This document shows positions 1 through 7,704 of a DNA stretch of 33,932 nt, piece by piece. The stretch's first letter is position 1, and every line of letters begins with the position of its first letter. The stretch comes from a virus. Its lineage: Duplodnaviria > Caudoviricetes. The stretch covers positions 1 to 33,932 of the IMG/VR virus record IMGVR_UViG_3300036446_000018. One strand, given 5' to 3'. The notes under the pieces are model-generated. The model was given only the letters and a program-made list of their open reading frames with translations. It searched no databases and was not told the origin of the DNA. A program made the translations under genes and the position numbers.

Positions 1-1200
1 TCACCTTCTATTCTGTCCGGTGCCGGAGTTTCTGTCCGTTTCTGTCCGGCGTTCTCGATTTGGCCTAAGCGCGATGGCAGCAGCCGCAGCCCGATTGTGA
101 TCCGGGTGATGGTGGCCGTAGACGTCCTGCAGGATCTCAAGCGTCATGCCCAGCATTCCGGCGAGCGCATAAGGATCTGCGCCGTTCTGCATGCCCCAGG
201 TCGCGGCGGTGTGGCGCAGGATGTGCGGCGTGACATCGGGGCCGAGGCCGGCCGCTTCGCGCACTGCTCGGAAAGCCTTGTGCACTCGCTCGACAGGCTG
301 GCCATTCCATTCGACGACGAAGCCTTCCGATACGCCTTTGTCCCGCCATCGCCTGAGATGAGCCTGAAGCCGTGTATCGAGCCCGACAGGTGGCGTCCGC
401 TTCTTCGTCTCGCGCGTGCCCGGCGGCCGGCGATAGAATAGCCCTCGATCTACGTCGACATAGCCGTGTCCGACCGTTGGGCGGATTGCGGCCCCGCAGA
501 CGGCGCCGGCTCGCGTGCCAGTGTAAAGCGCGACCAGAATGAAGCGGGCGACGTGCTTCGCGGTATACCGCGCGGTTTCAAGGGGCGGGCCGCCGTTGTC
601 GCCAGCGCGGCGCTCGCGCTTCTGTTTCTCGCGCATCCGCCAAGCCGCCCATAGCAAGCTGGCCACTTCGTCGCGTGTCAGCCAGCGCTCGCGAGGCACG
701 CCCGGCGGCGGCAGGACAACCGGAATGGGATGGGTGACGATCCGCTCTTTCCAAGCGAGCCGCAGCGCGGCACGCAAATCCTCCAGCTCGCGCCGCGCCG
801 CGCCCTCGGCGCCCCGGAATTTCGTATAGGCCTCGCAGGTGCTGGGCTTGACGTCGGAACAGCGCTTCGTGCCCCACCAGCTCAGAACCTTTGCCATCCG
901 GTTGCGCAGATCCTGCGGCCTGGCCTGCTTCTCGGCACGCTGATCGAGATACAGCGCGACGATGTCGGCGATTAGCGGATCGTCGGATTGGGCTTTGGCC
1001 GCAGCGGCAGGATCGTACTTTTCGAGGAGGTATCGCCGGAGGGCGTCTTCGGCGGCTGGCACCTCATCAATGCCGCATCCAGTGCGAACCTTTCGCTTTC
1101 CGTCGCGGATGACCCAGCAGGCGCGATCAACAAGCCGGCCATCGGCGTCGTAGCTGGCGGGCTGCTGGTAGAGGCGGGCACCCTTCGTTGGACGCGGCAT
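1..1200 (-). CDS. int: Tyrosine recombinase / phage integrase
   Basis: YTGTR (catalytic R), HILRH (HxxR), LGM in place of the usual LGH, VYGHH (catalytic Y). Confidence 0.95.
   Translation of the reverse strand: MPRPTKGARLYQQPASYDADGRLVDRACWVIRDGKRKVRTGCGIDEVPAAEDALRRYLLEKYDPAAAAKAQSDDPLIADIVALYLDQRAEKQARPQDLRNRMAKVLSWWGTKRCSDVKPSTCEAYTKFRGAEGAARRELEDLRAALRLAWKERIVTHPIPVVLPPPGVPRERWLTRDEVASLLWAAWRMREKQKRERRAGDNGGPPLETARYTAKHVARFILVALYTGTRAGAVCGAAIRPTVGHGYVDVDRGLFYRRPPGTRETKKRTPPVGLDTRLQAHLRRWRDKGVSEGFVVEWNGQPVERVHKAFRAVREAAGLGPDVTPHILRHTAATWGMQNGADPYALAGMLGMTLEILQDVYGHHHPDHNRAAAAAIALRPNRERRTETDRNSGTGQNRR
11..48 (+). repeat. Three direct repeats of TTCTGTCCG, candidate integrase arm-type binding sites
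   Basis: TTCTGTCCG at 11-19, TTTCTGTCCG at 29-38 and 39-48, inside the 3' end of int. Confidence 0.55.
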
Positions 1201-1397
1201 TGTCGTTCCATCTCTTCGATCGCGGCGAGCGAGGTGAACTCCTTGCCCGCCATGATCCAGGTTTCAAGACGGCCCGCATTTCGCTCTTTTCGGAGGCTTG
1301 ACACGGTCATGGATTTGTCGGGGTAGGCAATGGCCGCGGCGATTGAGATCCGCAGCGCCTTGTCCTTGTCCATGTTGGACGGCACGATTTCAGTCAT
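972..1397 (-). CDS. Excisionase-like small HTH protein, 3' part overlapping int
   Basis: ATG at 1397 coupled to the upstream stop (ATGA); MTVSSLRKERNAGRLETWIMAGKEFTSLAAIEEM resembles a Xis/winged-helix fold; immediately upstream of int. Confidence 0.65.
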   Translation of the reverse strand: MTEIVPSNMDKDKALRISIAAAIAYPDKSMTVSSLRKERNAGRLETWIMAGKEFTSLAAIEEMERQCRVQRRVPASTSSPPATTPMAGLLIAPAGSSATESERFALDAALMRCQPPKTPSGDTSSKSTILPLRPKPNPTIR

Positions 1398-1666
1398 TCC
1401 GCCGGCCTCCGCAGCTTGACGACATTCGACCGCTCGGTGATGTCTTCGGCGGTCACCATGCGCCCGTCGGGGCCGAACCTCTCGGTTACCAGCCAGACCC
1501 TGCAATTCTCTCGGAAGGCAACCGGGAACGCGGATACATGATCCCGGCAGGCGCCCTCCGAAAGATAGCAGTCGAGCACTGGCGCATGGCCCTGGCTGAT
1601 CCGGCGATAGCGCTCTTCGGCCTGCTCGCGGCGTGGCGCGGCGAGGTAGAGGGCTCGCATCATCAC
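1394..1666 (-). CDS. Hypothetical early protein
   Basis: Start/stop overlaps with both neighbours. Confidence 0.65.
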   Translation of the reverse strand: MMMRALYLAAPRREQAEERYRRISQGHAPVLDCYLSEGACRDHVSAFPVAFRENCRVWLVTERFGPDGRMVTAEDITERSNVVKLRRPAE

Positions 1667-1863
1667 CAGTCTCGCCGCCGGCTGAGCGGCCGGCCGTTCA
1701 CATAGAGGCGGCCCTCATAGTAGTGGACGGGCTTGCCGCCGTAGCCGAACTGGAGTGTCGGCAGGGTGATGCGCTTGCTCGCCGGCAGCTGGTGAAACGT
1801 CGGCTCGGGCTTCTCTTCGCTGGGGCGCCTGCGGCGCGGAGCTTGATAGGGCATCACGTTCAT
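1663..1863 (-). CDS. Hypothetical early protein (basic, 66 aa)
   Basis: Start/stop overlaps with both neighbours. Confidence 0.6.
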   Translation of the reverse strand: MNVMPYQAPRRRRPSEEKPEPTFHQLPASKRITLPTLQFGYGGKPVHYYEGRLYVNGRPLSRRRDW

Positions 1864-2162
1864 AACGCGAACCTCGCGACGATCGTGCGGGAAAGGCGGG
1901 TTTGCTCGGCGCGAGCTTTGACGACGCCGGCCGCGTAGCTGGAGCCCTGCGGGAGATCGAGCGCGTCACAAGTCGCCCGCGGCATGGTGCTGGCGTCATG
2001 CTTGAGCGCGGCGCAGACGCGGTTCAGGGCGACGACGAGCAGGCCTGGCGATGACGCCTCGATCCGCTCCTCGTTCGGGTAGTCGACTAGCGCGCGGAAG
2101 CTCTGGCGGATCGTCTCGTGGTCCTCGCCAGCGATGGCGTCGGTGACATCGCGGAGCTGCAT
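1860..2162 (-). CDS. Hypothetical early protein
   Basis: Start re-assigned to MQLRDV at 2162 (TGATG overlap with upstream stop). Confidence 0.65.
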   Translation of the reverse strand: MQLRDVTDAIAGEDHETIRQSFRALVDYPNEERIEASSPGLLVVALNRVCAALKHDASTMPRATCDALDLPQGSSYAAGVVKARAEQTRLSRTIVARFAL

Positions 2163-2761
2163 CAGAGCGCTCCCAAGCAATTGCGGAGCGTTTCGAGCGC
2201 GATATCCACCTCTCGATCGGCGGTGCACCCGGCTTCGTGATCCAACAGCATGTCGAGGAAGGCATGCGCCCCGGCCCGTGTCGTAGGGCGGATACGGTAG
2301 GCCGCTAGCGCAGCAGCCTCACTGGCTTGGAACAGCCGGTCGAACTCGGCGTCTCCAAGATTGCCGGGATGGGTGTTCACTGCCATCACGGCGGTGAAAT
2401 ACGCCTCTGCCGCTGCTACGGCTGGATCATTGGCCGAACTTCCGCGGGCCAGACGGAGCGCATCCTCGGCGATGCCCCAGGCAAGCTGTTCCTGCAGATC
2501 GGCGCCGTCCCACAGAGTTCCGGCGGGGCGTCCAGCCGGCAGCCTGATCTTCAGGATGACGCCTTTGTCCGAGAGATCGCGCAAGCTGGCGGCCGGCGCT
2601 TCGACCATGCAGGTAGCTAGAGCATCGGCGAGCGCGTTGATCGCCGTCAGGCGGGGATTGTCCTCGTTGACCGTCAGCGCGGCGTCGTGCTCGCGCTCCA
2701 CGATCGGAGCGAAGGCCGCCATAGCGGCGATGAAGGAGTAAGGCAGGGCGACGTGCTTCAT
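2162..2761 (-). CDS. Hypothetical early protein with two helical domains (PAASLRDL and PTTRAG motifs)
   Basis: Start re-assigned to MKHVAL at 2761 (ATGA overlap, GGGAGA RBS). Confidence 0.75.
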   Translation of the reverse strand: MKHVALPYSFIAAMAAFAPIVEREHDAALTVNEDNPRLTAINALADALATCMVEAPAASLRDLSDKGVILKIRLPAGRPAGTLWDGADLQEQLAWGIAEDALRLARGSSANDPAVAAAEAYFTAVMAVNTHPGNLGDAEFDRLFQASEAAALAAYRIRPTTRAGAHAFLDMLLDHEAGCTADREVDIALETLRNCLGAL

Positions 2762-2979
2762 CGGGCGGTCTCCCGGTTGAGGCCGGCATCGAGGCGGCGA
2801 GCGAGGTCGCGCGCGATCCAGGCCAAGGTGCTGATGCGATTGAGGGTGGCGACCTGCTCTTCCGCCATGCCGGCGCGGGAAAGCTCGCATTCCTCGGTGA
2901 CGAGCATGTCCAACAGGACGGCGACATGGCCGGCGTCTTGCTCGGCGTCCTCGCTGGCGTAAGGCGTCGGAGCGCTCAT
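2758..2979 (-). CDS. Hypothetical early protein
   Basis: Start re-assigned to MSAPTP at 2979 (ATGA overlap). Confidence 0.65.
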   Translation of the reverse strand: MSAPTPYASEDAEQDAGHVAVLLDMLVTEECELSRAGMAEEQVATLNRISTLAWIARDLARRLDAGLNRETAR

Positions 2980-3464
2980 GCCGCACCGCCTTGCGACAGA
3001 GCCGTCACCGCGAACGGGTCGGCGTCTCTGATCATGTAGTATTCGACGCCGAGCCGATCGCGCGGGTTGCTCGCAGCGCGCTCCAGCACCCCGGCCACGG
3101 AGTACAAGGCCCATTGCAGCAGGCCCTTAATTTCCTTGGCCTTGAAGTAGTCGGCGCTGTTATCGGCCTGCTCGGGCGTCAGCTCCCAAAGCTCATCTGC
3201 AAGGGCGCTGGCGATTGCGAGCTGATGCAGCGCGCCGTCGGCGCTCACCGCCTTGGTCGTGATGGTGGCGCCCCTGCGTGCGTGAAGCAGTTCGAAAATC
3301 TCGCTCCAGCGACGTTCATGCCGCCACCTATCTTCCGGCCTGTCTTTGGAGGCTGTGTCTTTCGCCCTCTCGGCCTCGATCATCGCATCCACGTAGCGCT
3401 GGCTTTCAAGCGCAATGGCGGCGACGGGGCAGGCTGTGTGAGGTTTAGGAACTGGCATTCGCAT
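2976..3464 (-). CDS. First gene of leftward early operon, helical hypothetical protein
   Basis: GGAGG RBS before ATG; lies just downstream of the pL-like promoter. Confidence 0.75.
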   Translation of the reverse strand: MRMPVPKPHTACPVAAIALESQRYVDAMIEAERAKDTASKDRPEDRWRHERRWSEIFELLHARRGATITTKAVSADGALHQLAIASALADELWELTPEQADNSADYFKAKEIKGLLQWALYSVAGVLERAASNPRDRLGVEYYMIRDADPFAVTALSQGGAA

Positions 3465-3490
3465 GTTGCCCTCCGCGTTAACGTTAATGC

Positions 3491-3519
3491 GTTATGCATC
3501 AAATGCGTTATTCGGTCAA
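3491..3519 (-). promoter_or_regulatory. pL-like sigma70 promoter with overlapping operator
   Basis: Minus strand TTGACC-N17-CATAAC; TGCATCAAATGCGTT at 3495-3509; AATGCGTTAT repeated at 3486 and 3502. Confidence 0.7.
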
Positions 3520-3604
3520 CGGCAATGCAGTAGGAATTTTTCTCCGCATTGATTGGAGCGCGAGGAAAGGATTCGACTCTGAAGGCGCGCTCTGGAATCT
3601 ATGA

Positions 3605-3619
3605 GTACGAACAGGGAAC
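3605..3619 (+). promoter_or_regulatory. Alphaproteobacterial LexA (SOS) box
   Basis: GTAC-GAACAGG-GAAC, one mismatch from GAAC-N7-GAAC, directly upstream of GGAG RBS and TTG start at 3633. Confidence 0.6.
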
Positions 3620-3632
3620 AGGAGCGCGCGCG

Positions 3633-3941
3633 TTGAGTACCGCCCGACACCTGCAGCGAAGCGTCGAGGATCTGGAACGGTTGCTCATCGTCTGCGACGA
3701 CTGCGGCCGGCAGCGGCTATGGCAGCGGGAAGAGATCCAGACGCTGGTCAGCCACGGCGTCGAGACGATGGCTCAGGCGCAGGAACGCGTCGTCTGCTCG
3801 GATTGCCGGCAGCACGGTCTAGGTCACGGCGGGAACGTGTTGATGTTCGCGACCTGGCGGGTCAGCTCTCGCCAGAGAACACGATCTTATGGACCGAGAT
3901 CACGTCAGGCCGTGGGAATTCCAGCTCTTTCTGCGGGTTGA
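3633..3941 (+). CDS. Small Zn-ribbon protein (CDDC...CSDC), putatively SOS-induced
   Basis: TTG at 3633 with GGAG at 3621; two CxxC motifs; 80-bp convergent overlap with cI. Confidence 0.65.
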   Translation: MSTARHLQRSVEDLERLLIVCDDCGRQRLWQREEIQTLVSHGVETMAQAQERVVCSDCRQHGLGHGGNVLMFATWRVSSRQRTRSYGPRSRQAVGIPALSAG

Positions 3942-4590
3942 ACTGCTCTAGGCGCAGCTCCTCTCCAAACGAGACGAAGCGTTTGACATACCCGGCGTAG
4001 ATTGTCGGATCATCGGTCGCGATCTGTGCCAGGACGTAATCCCGACGCCGAGGCGGGATATGGGGGTTAACCCAGACCGTTTCGCCGCTTTCGTAGCGTG
4101 GGATCATGGATTCGCCGTGCACATACGCCGCGTAGGCATCTGGCACGCCCATCAGCATCGGCGGGCATTCGACCTCGGCGATCTTTTGCCCGTTCATCAG
4201 AAACCGGCCATCGTCGCCGGCTGACGCCAGACCGAAGACTGGAAGGCGCCTGATGGATGGGCTGGCTTGCGGCATGAGAAGTGGCCTGGACTTTTGGTCG
4301 GCCAGGGCCCTGCGCAGGCCGGGTTGCGCCGCCTGGACTAACTCGACAGTTCGCTTTTCGTAGTCGCTATCGTCGTTCAGCAGGAAGTCGATCGTGACCC
4401 CAAACGCACTTGCGTACCGTTGGGCTGCGGGCGTCGTAATTGCCCGAGATCCGTTCTCGTGCCCGACGTACGTCGCGACCGGCACGCCCAAGGCCTGAGC
4501 GGCAGCCGTAGCAGTCCGATATCCCGCTTCGACGCGAGCATATCTCAGGCGGTCTGCGGGAGTGCGTAAGTGCGTCTCGTTCTGCATCAT
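3862..4590 (-). CDS. CI-like repressor (XRE HTH + S24 autopeptidase)
   Basis: N-terminal HTH (ATAAAQALGVPVATYVGHENGSR), Ala-Gly cleavage site in ASAG, GESM catalytic Ser, VKR catalytic Lys; divergent from cro. Confidence 0.92.
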   Translation of the reverse strand: MMQNETHLRTPADRLRYARVEAGYRTATAAAQALGVPVATYVGHENGSRAITTPAAQRYASAFGVTIDFLLNDDSDYEKRTVELVQAAQPGLRRALADQKSRPLLMPQASPSIRRLPVFGLASAGDDGRFLMNGQKIAEVECPPMLMGVPDAYAAYVHGESMIPRYESGETVWVNPHIPPRRRDYVLAQIATDDPTIYAGYVKRFVSFGEELRLEQFNPQKELEFPRPDVISVHKIVFSGES

Positions 4591-4623
4591 TCTTCAGTCA
4601 CATAAAAACGCTGCGGCGGCTAC

Positions 4624-4655
4624 TTGCATTAAAAAAATGCAACGCACATAATGCA
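4624..4655 (+). promoter_or_regulatory. pR-like promoter with operator(s)
   Basis: TTGCAT-N17-CATAAT; perfect inverted repeat TTGCATT-N5-AATGCAA at 4624-4642; reverse-strand TGCATTATGTGCGTT (4641-4655) matches the pL operator. Confidence 0.7.
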
Positions 4656-4658
4656 GAT

Positions 4659-4904
4659 ATGATTAATGCTTCGGAACTTCGCGCCCGCATCGGGTGGAAC
4701 CAGCGCGACCTAGCGCTTTATCTCGGCTGTGACCAGTCCACGGTCAGCCGTATTGAAAATGGCGCCGATCCGAACGGACCGGTGTCACGCCTCCTTGTCC
4801 ATTTGATCGGGGAGGTGGCTGCCGGACGTATCCCCGTGAAGGAGCGGCGCGCGCGGCGCGTTCGCACCCAGCCGCGTCGCGCGCATGCGGGAGGCAGCCG
4901 ATGA
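4659..4904 (+). CDS. Cro-like HTH regulator
   Basis: WNQRDLALYLGCDQSTVSRIENG XRE helix-turn-helix; divergent from cI. Confidence 0.88.
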   Translation: MINASELRARIGWNQRDLALYLGCDQSTVSRIENGADPNGPVSRLLVHLIGEVAAGRIPVKERRARRVRTQPRRAHAGGSR

Positions 4905-5107
4905 GCCGGCCCGAGCCGACTGTCGCCCCCGGCGACGGCGTCAAGTCGACCGAGTTCATCGAAAGCTCGATCGAGTGGGCGGTTCACCATCTCGACGAGG
5001 CGCGCCACCGGCTCAAGGCCGGCGAGATCCCTGAATTCCACTGTGCGATCCGGAAGTTCGGAGCCTGCGCCAAGGCCCTGCTCGACACTGTGCCGGAAGT
5101 GCGGTGA
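4901..5107 (+). CDS. Hypothetical protein
   Basis: ATGA-coupled to cro, GGGAGG RBS. Confidence 0.6.
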   Translation: MSRPEPTVAPGDGVKSTEFIESSIEWAVHHLDEARHRLKAGEIPEFHCAIRKFGACAKALLDTVPEVR

Positions 5108-5110
5108 CCG

Positions 5111-5908
5111 ATGCGCGCCTATGGGCAGATCCATTCCTCCTTCTGGACCAGCGCGACAATTCGCGGCCTCACTGACGACGGTCGGATTTTGGCGGCTTAC
5201 CTGCTGACTAGCCCTCACACCAACATGATCGGCTGCTTCCGGCTGCCGGACGGATACGCCTGCGATGATCTCGGCTGGCCGGCGGATAGGGTATCGAAGG
5301 CCTTTTCCGATCTTGACGGCGCCGGCTTCGCCAGCCGCACCAGCACGACCAAATGGGTGCTGATCCACAAGTTCCTGAAATGGAGCCCGGTGAAGGGTCC
5401 GAAGCAGGCCAAGGGCGCCGCGAATCTCCTTCTACAAGTGCCTGAAGACGAGCCGCTTCGGCCTCGCCTGATCTCCGCGATCGAGCGCTTTTCTCCCGAC
5501 GTGACCAAACCCATTGAGAGGGGTTCGGATAGGGTATCGGAACCCTACCGATTGCAGGAACCAACCAAACCAGAACCAGATATTACTGAACCTAAAGGTT
5601 CAGGCGCTGCCGCGCCGTCTGCCCAGCCTTCGGCTGATCCTCCTCAGGCTCTCGATTGGCCGACCCGCCTGTTCCGCGAAGGCCTCGCCATCGTCGTTGG
5701 GATGACGGGCAAGTCGGACCCTGCAGTCCGCACGCTCATCGGCAAGTGGCGAAAGACCGCGCAGGACGATTGCAGGCAGGTGCTACGCGTCATCGAAGAC
5801 GCCCGGGATCACAACCCGGCCGATCCGGTCGCGTTCATCGAGGCGGCGCTCCGTAATCGCGGGAAGCCGGAAGGAGACGCCATGACAATGATGAGGCAGC
5901 GTCACTGA
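5111..5908 (+). CDS. Replication initiator (lambda O-like organisation)
   Basis: N-terminal HTH-like domain, low-complexity linker with iteron-like repeats, helical C-domain; coupled to the primase-helicase. Confidence 0.75.
   Translation: MRAYGQIHSSFWTSATIRGLTDDGRILAAYLLTSPHTNMIGCFRLPDGYACDDLGWPADRVSKAFSDLDGAGFASRTSTTKWVLIHKFLKWSPVKGPKQAKGAANLLLQVPEDEPLRPRLISAIERFSPDVTKPIERGSDRVSEPYRLQEPTKPEPDITEPKGSGAAAPSAQPSADPPQALDWPTRLFREGLAIVVGMTGKSDPAVRTLIGKWRKTAQDDCRQVLRVIEDARDHNPADPVAFIEAALRNRGKPEGDAMTMMRQRH
5507..5580. repeat. Putative replication origin (iterons) within the initiator gene
   Basis: CGGATAGGGTATCG at 5526-5539, identical to 5283-5296; inverted degenerate copy at ~5538-5551; followed by AAACCAGAACCAGA tract. 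Confidence 0.55.
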
Positions 5909-7704
5909 TGCGCGACTTCCTCGATGACGTCAGAGCCGAAGGTATCAGCCTGCGCTCCTGGCAGGCAGGGAACCACAAGACGACTTGCCCGCGCTGCTCG
6001 GCGACCCGGAAGAAGAAAACCGACCAATGCCTGAGCGTGACGATCTTCGCTGATCGCGCTCGGTGGCAGTGCCACCATTGCCAGTGGACAGGCGGCGCCG
6101 GTGGCGACGAGTACCAGAGAGCGCCGCGGCGCGAGGTCAAGATGTTCAATCGGCCGGTCCGCGTCGATAATCCTCAACGACCGGACAAGATGCTGGCGTG
6201 GTTCGCGGGGCGCGGCATCTCGGCGGCGACGGTCGAGCTATTGGGCATCCACCGGACAAGCCACTGGTTTCCGCAGACCGGTGCGCAGGCCGATTGCATC
6301 GCCTTCCCCTACGAGTGGCAGGGCGTCCTGCGGAACGTCAAATACCGCGACGGCCTCAAGAACTTCGTGCAGGAGAAAAACCCCGAGCCGGTTCTGTACA
6401 ACGCCGACGTCATCCAGCCAGGCGAGGATCTGATCTTCGTCGAAGGCGAGATGGACGTCCTCGCCATGATCGAGGCGGGGCTCACCCGAACCGTCAGCCT
6501 GCCGAATGGAGCGCCCGAAAAACCCGAGCAGTCCGAAAAGCGGTACGACCCGCTGAACACGCATGCAGCCGAGCTGGAGCAGGTCAAGCGCATCCTGATC
6601 GCCACCGACATGGACGGGCCGGGCGAATTGCTGGCTCAGGAACTGGCGCGTCGGCTTGGCAAGGATCGCTGCTGGCGAGTCCGGTTCCCGACTGCGGGCG
6701 ACGTTCAGACAAAGGACGCGAACGAGTGCCTGCAGAACCACGGCGCCGCGGTCGTCCGCGAGTGCGTCGAGCAAGCGGAGCCTTGGCCGATCGACGGGCT
6801 GTACGATGCCGACGACTTCGCGGAAGAGGTCTGGAGCATGTATCGCGGCGAGGGTCCGCAGCCCCTGACCTGCGGCATGGGGCCGGATCTCGATCAGGCT
6901 TTCAAGGTCATCCCAGGCCAGTTCATCGTGATCACCGGCATCCCGAACCACGGCAAGAGCCGATGGCTCGATCAGGTCGCCGTGAGCATGTCCAACCTTC
7001 ACCGCTGGCGCTGGGCAATCTTCTCGCCGGAGACTGGTAGCGGGAACCACATCGCGGATCTTTGCGAGATCAAGGCCGGTCGACCTTTCCACCCAGGCCC
7101 AACCGAACGGCTCAGTGAATTCGAGCTTCAAGAAACTCTTGGCTGGGTGCAGGATCGCTTCGCCTTCATCGACGCGGCCGATCATACGCCTTCGATCGAC
7201 TGGATTCTGGAGCGGGCCAGAGCGGCGGTACTGCGCAAGGGTATCCGCGGCCTCATCATCGACCCGTTCAACGAAGTCGAGGCCAGCCGGCCGGACAGGA
7301 TGACCGAGACAGAGTTCGTCTCGCAGCTGATCAGCAAGTGCAAGCGCTTCGGAAAGGTGCACGAGGTCGCCGTTTTCATGGTGGCTCACCCGAAGAAAAT
7401 CGACACGGCGCCAGGCAGCGGCAAAGAGCCCATCCCTGGCTTGTACGACATTTCGGGCTCGGCCCATTGGCGCAACAAGGCGGACGCAGGCCTCGCCGTT
7501 TACCGCGACTTCGACGAGCGCTGTACATACCTCGTCTCGCACAAGATCAGGCGGCAGCCGATCTGCGGAGCGCCGGGCCTCGTCAAATTCTGGTTCATGA
7601 CGGCAAGCCGTCGCTTCGACCCGGCAGCGGGGAGCTATCAGCCTTACGCCGGCAAGGACGCGCCGAAGTCTTCCGGCTCTCGTCGGAGAGGAGGAGACGC
7701 ATGA
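5908..7704 (+). CDS. Bifunctional DNA primase-helicase (T7 gp4/Twinkle family)
   Basis: Zn finger CPRC...CHHC; TOPRIM EGEMD, ATDMD, KDANE; SF4 helicase GIPNHGKS, IIDPFN, VAHP, DISGSAHW. Confidence 0.92.
   Translation: MRDFLDDVRAEGISLRSWQAGNHKTTCPRCSATRKKKTDQCLSVTIFADRARWQCHHCQWTGGAGGDEYQRAPRREVKMFNRPVRVDNPQRPDKMLAWFAGRGISAATVELLGIHRTSHWFPQTGAQADCIAFPYEWQGVLRNVKYRDGLKNFVQEKNPEPVLYNADVIQPGEDLIFVEGEMDVLAMIEAGLTRTVSLPNGAPEKPEQSEKRYDPLNTHAAELEQVKRILIATDMDGPGELLAQELARRLGKDRCWRVRFPTAGDVQTKDANECLQNHGAAVVRECVEQAEPWPIDGLYDADDFAEEVWSMYRGEGPQPLTCGMGPDLDQAFKVIPGQFIVITGIPNHGKSRWLDQVAVSMSNLHRWRWAIFSPETGSGNHIADLCEIKAGRPFHPGPTERLSEFELQETLGWVQDRFAFIDAADHTPSIDWILERARAAVLRKGIRGLIIDPFNEVEASRPDRMTETEFVSQLISKCKRFGKVHEVAVFMVAHPKKIDTAPGSGKEPIPGLYDISGSAHWRNKADAGLAVYRDFDERCTYLVSHKIRRQPICGAPGLVKFWFMTASRRFDPAAGSYQPYAGKDAPKSSGSRRRGGDA

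Noticed and set aside
3478-3487. TTAA-CG-TTAA as a CtrA site at pL
   Set aside because: Spacer is 2 nt rather than 7; at best a half-site
6238-7542. 434-aa antisense ORF in the primase-helicase
   Set aside because: Mirror of the coding frame with no RBS or recognisable domain
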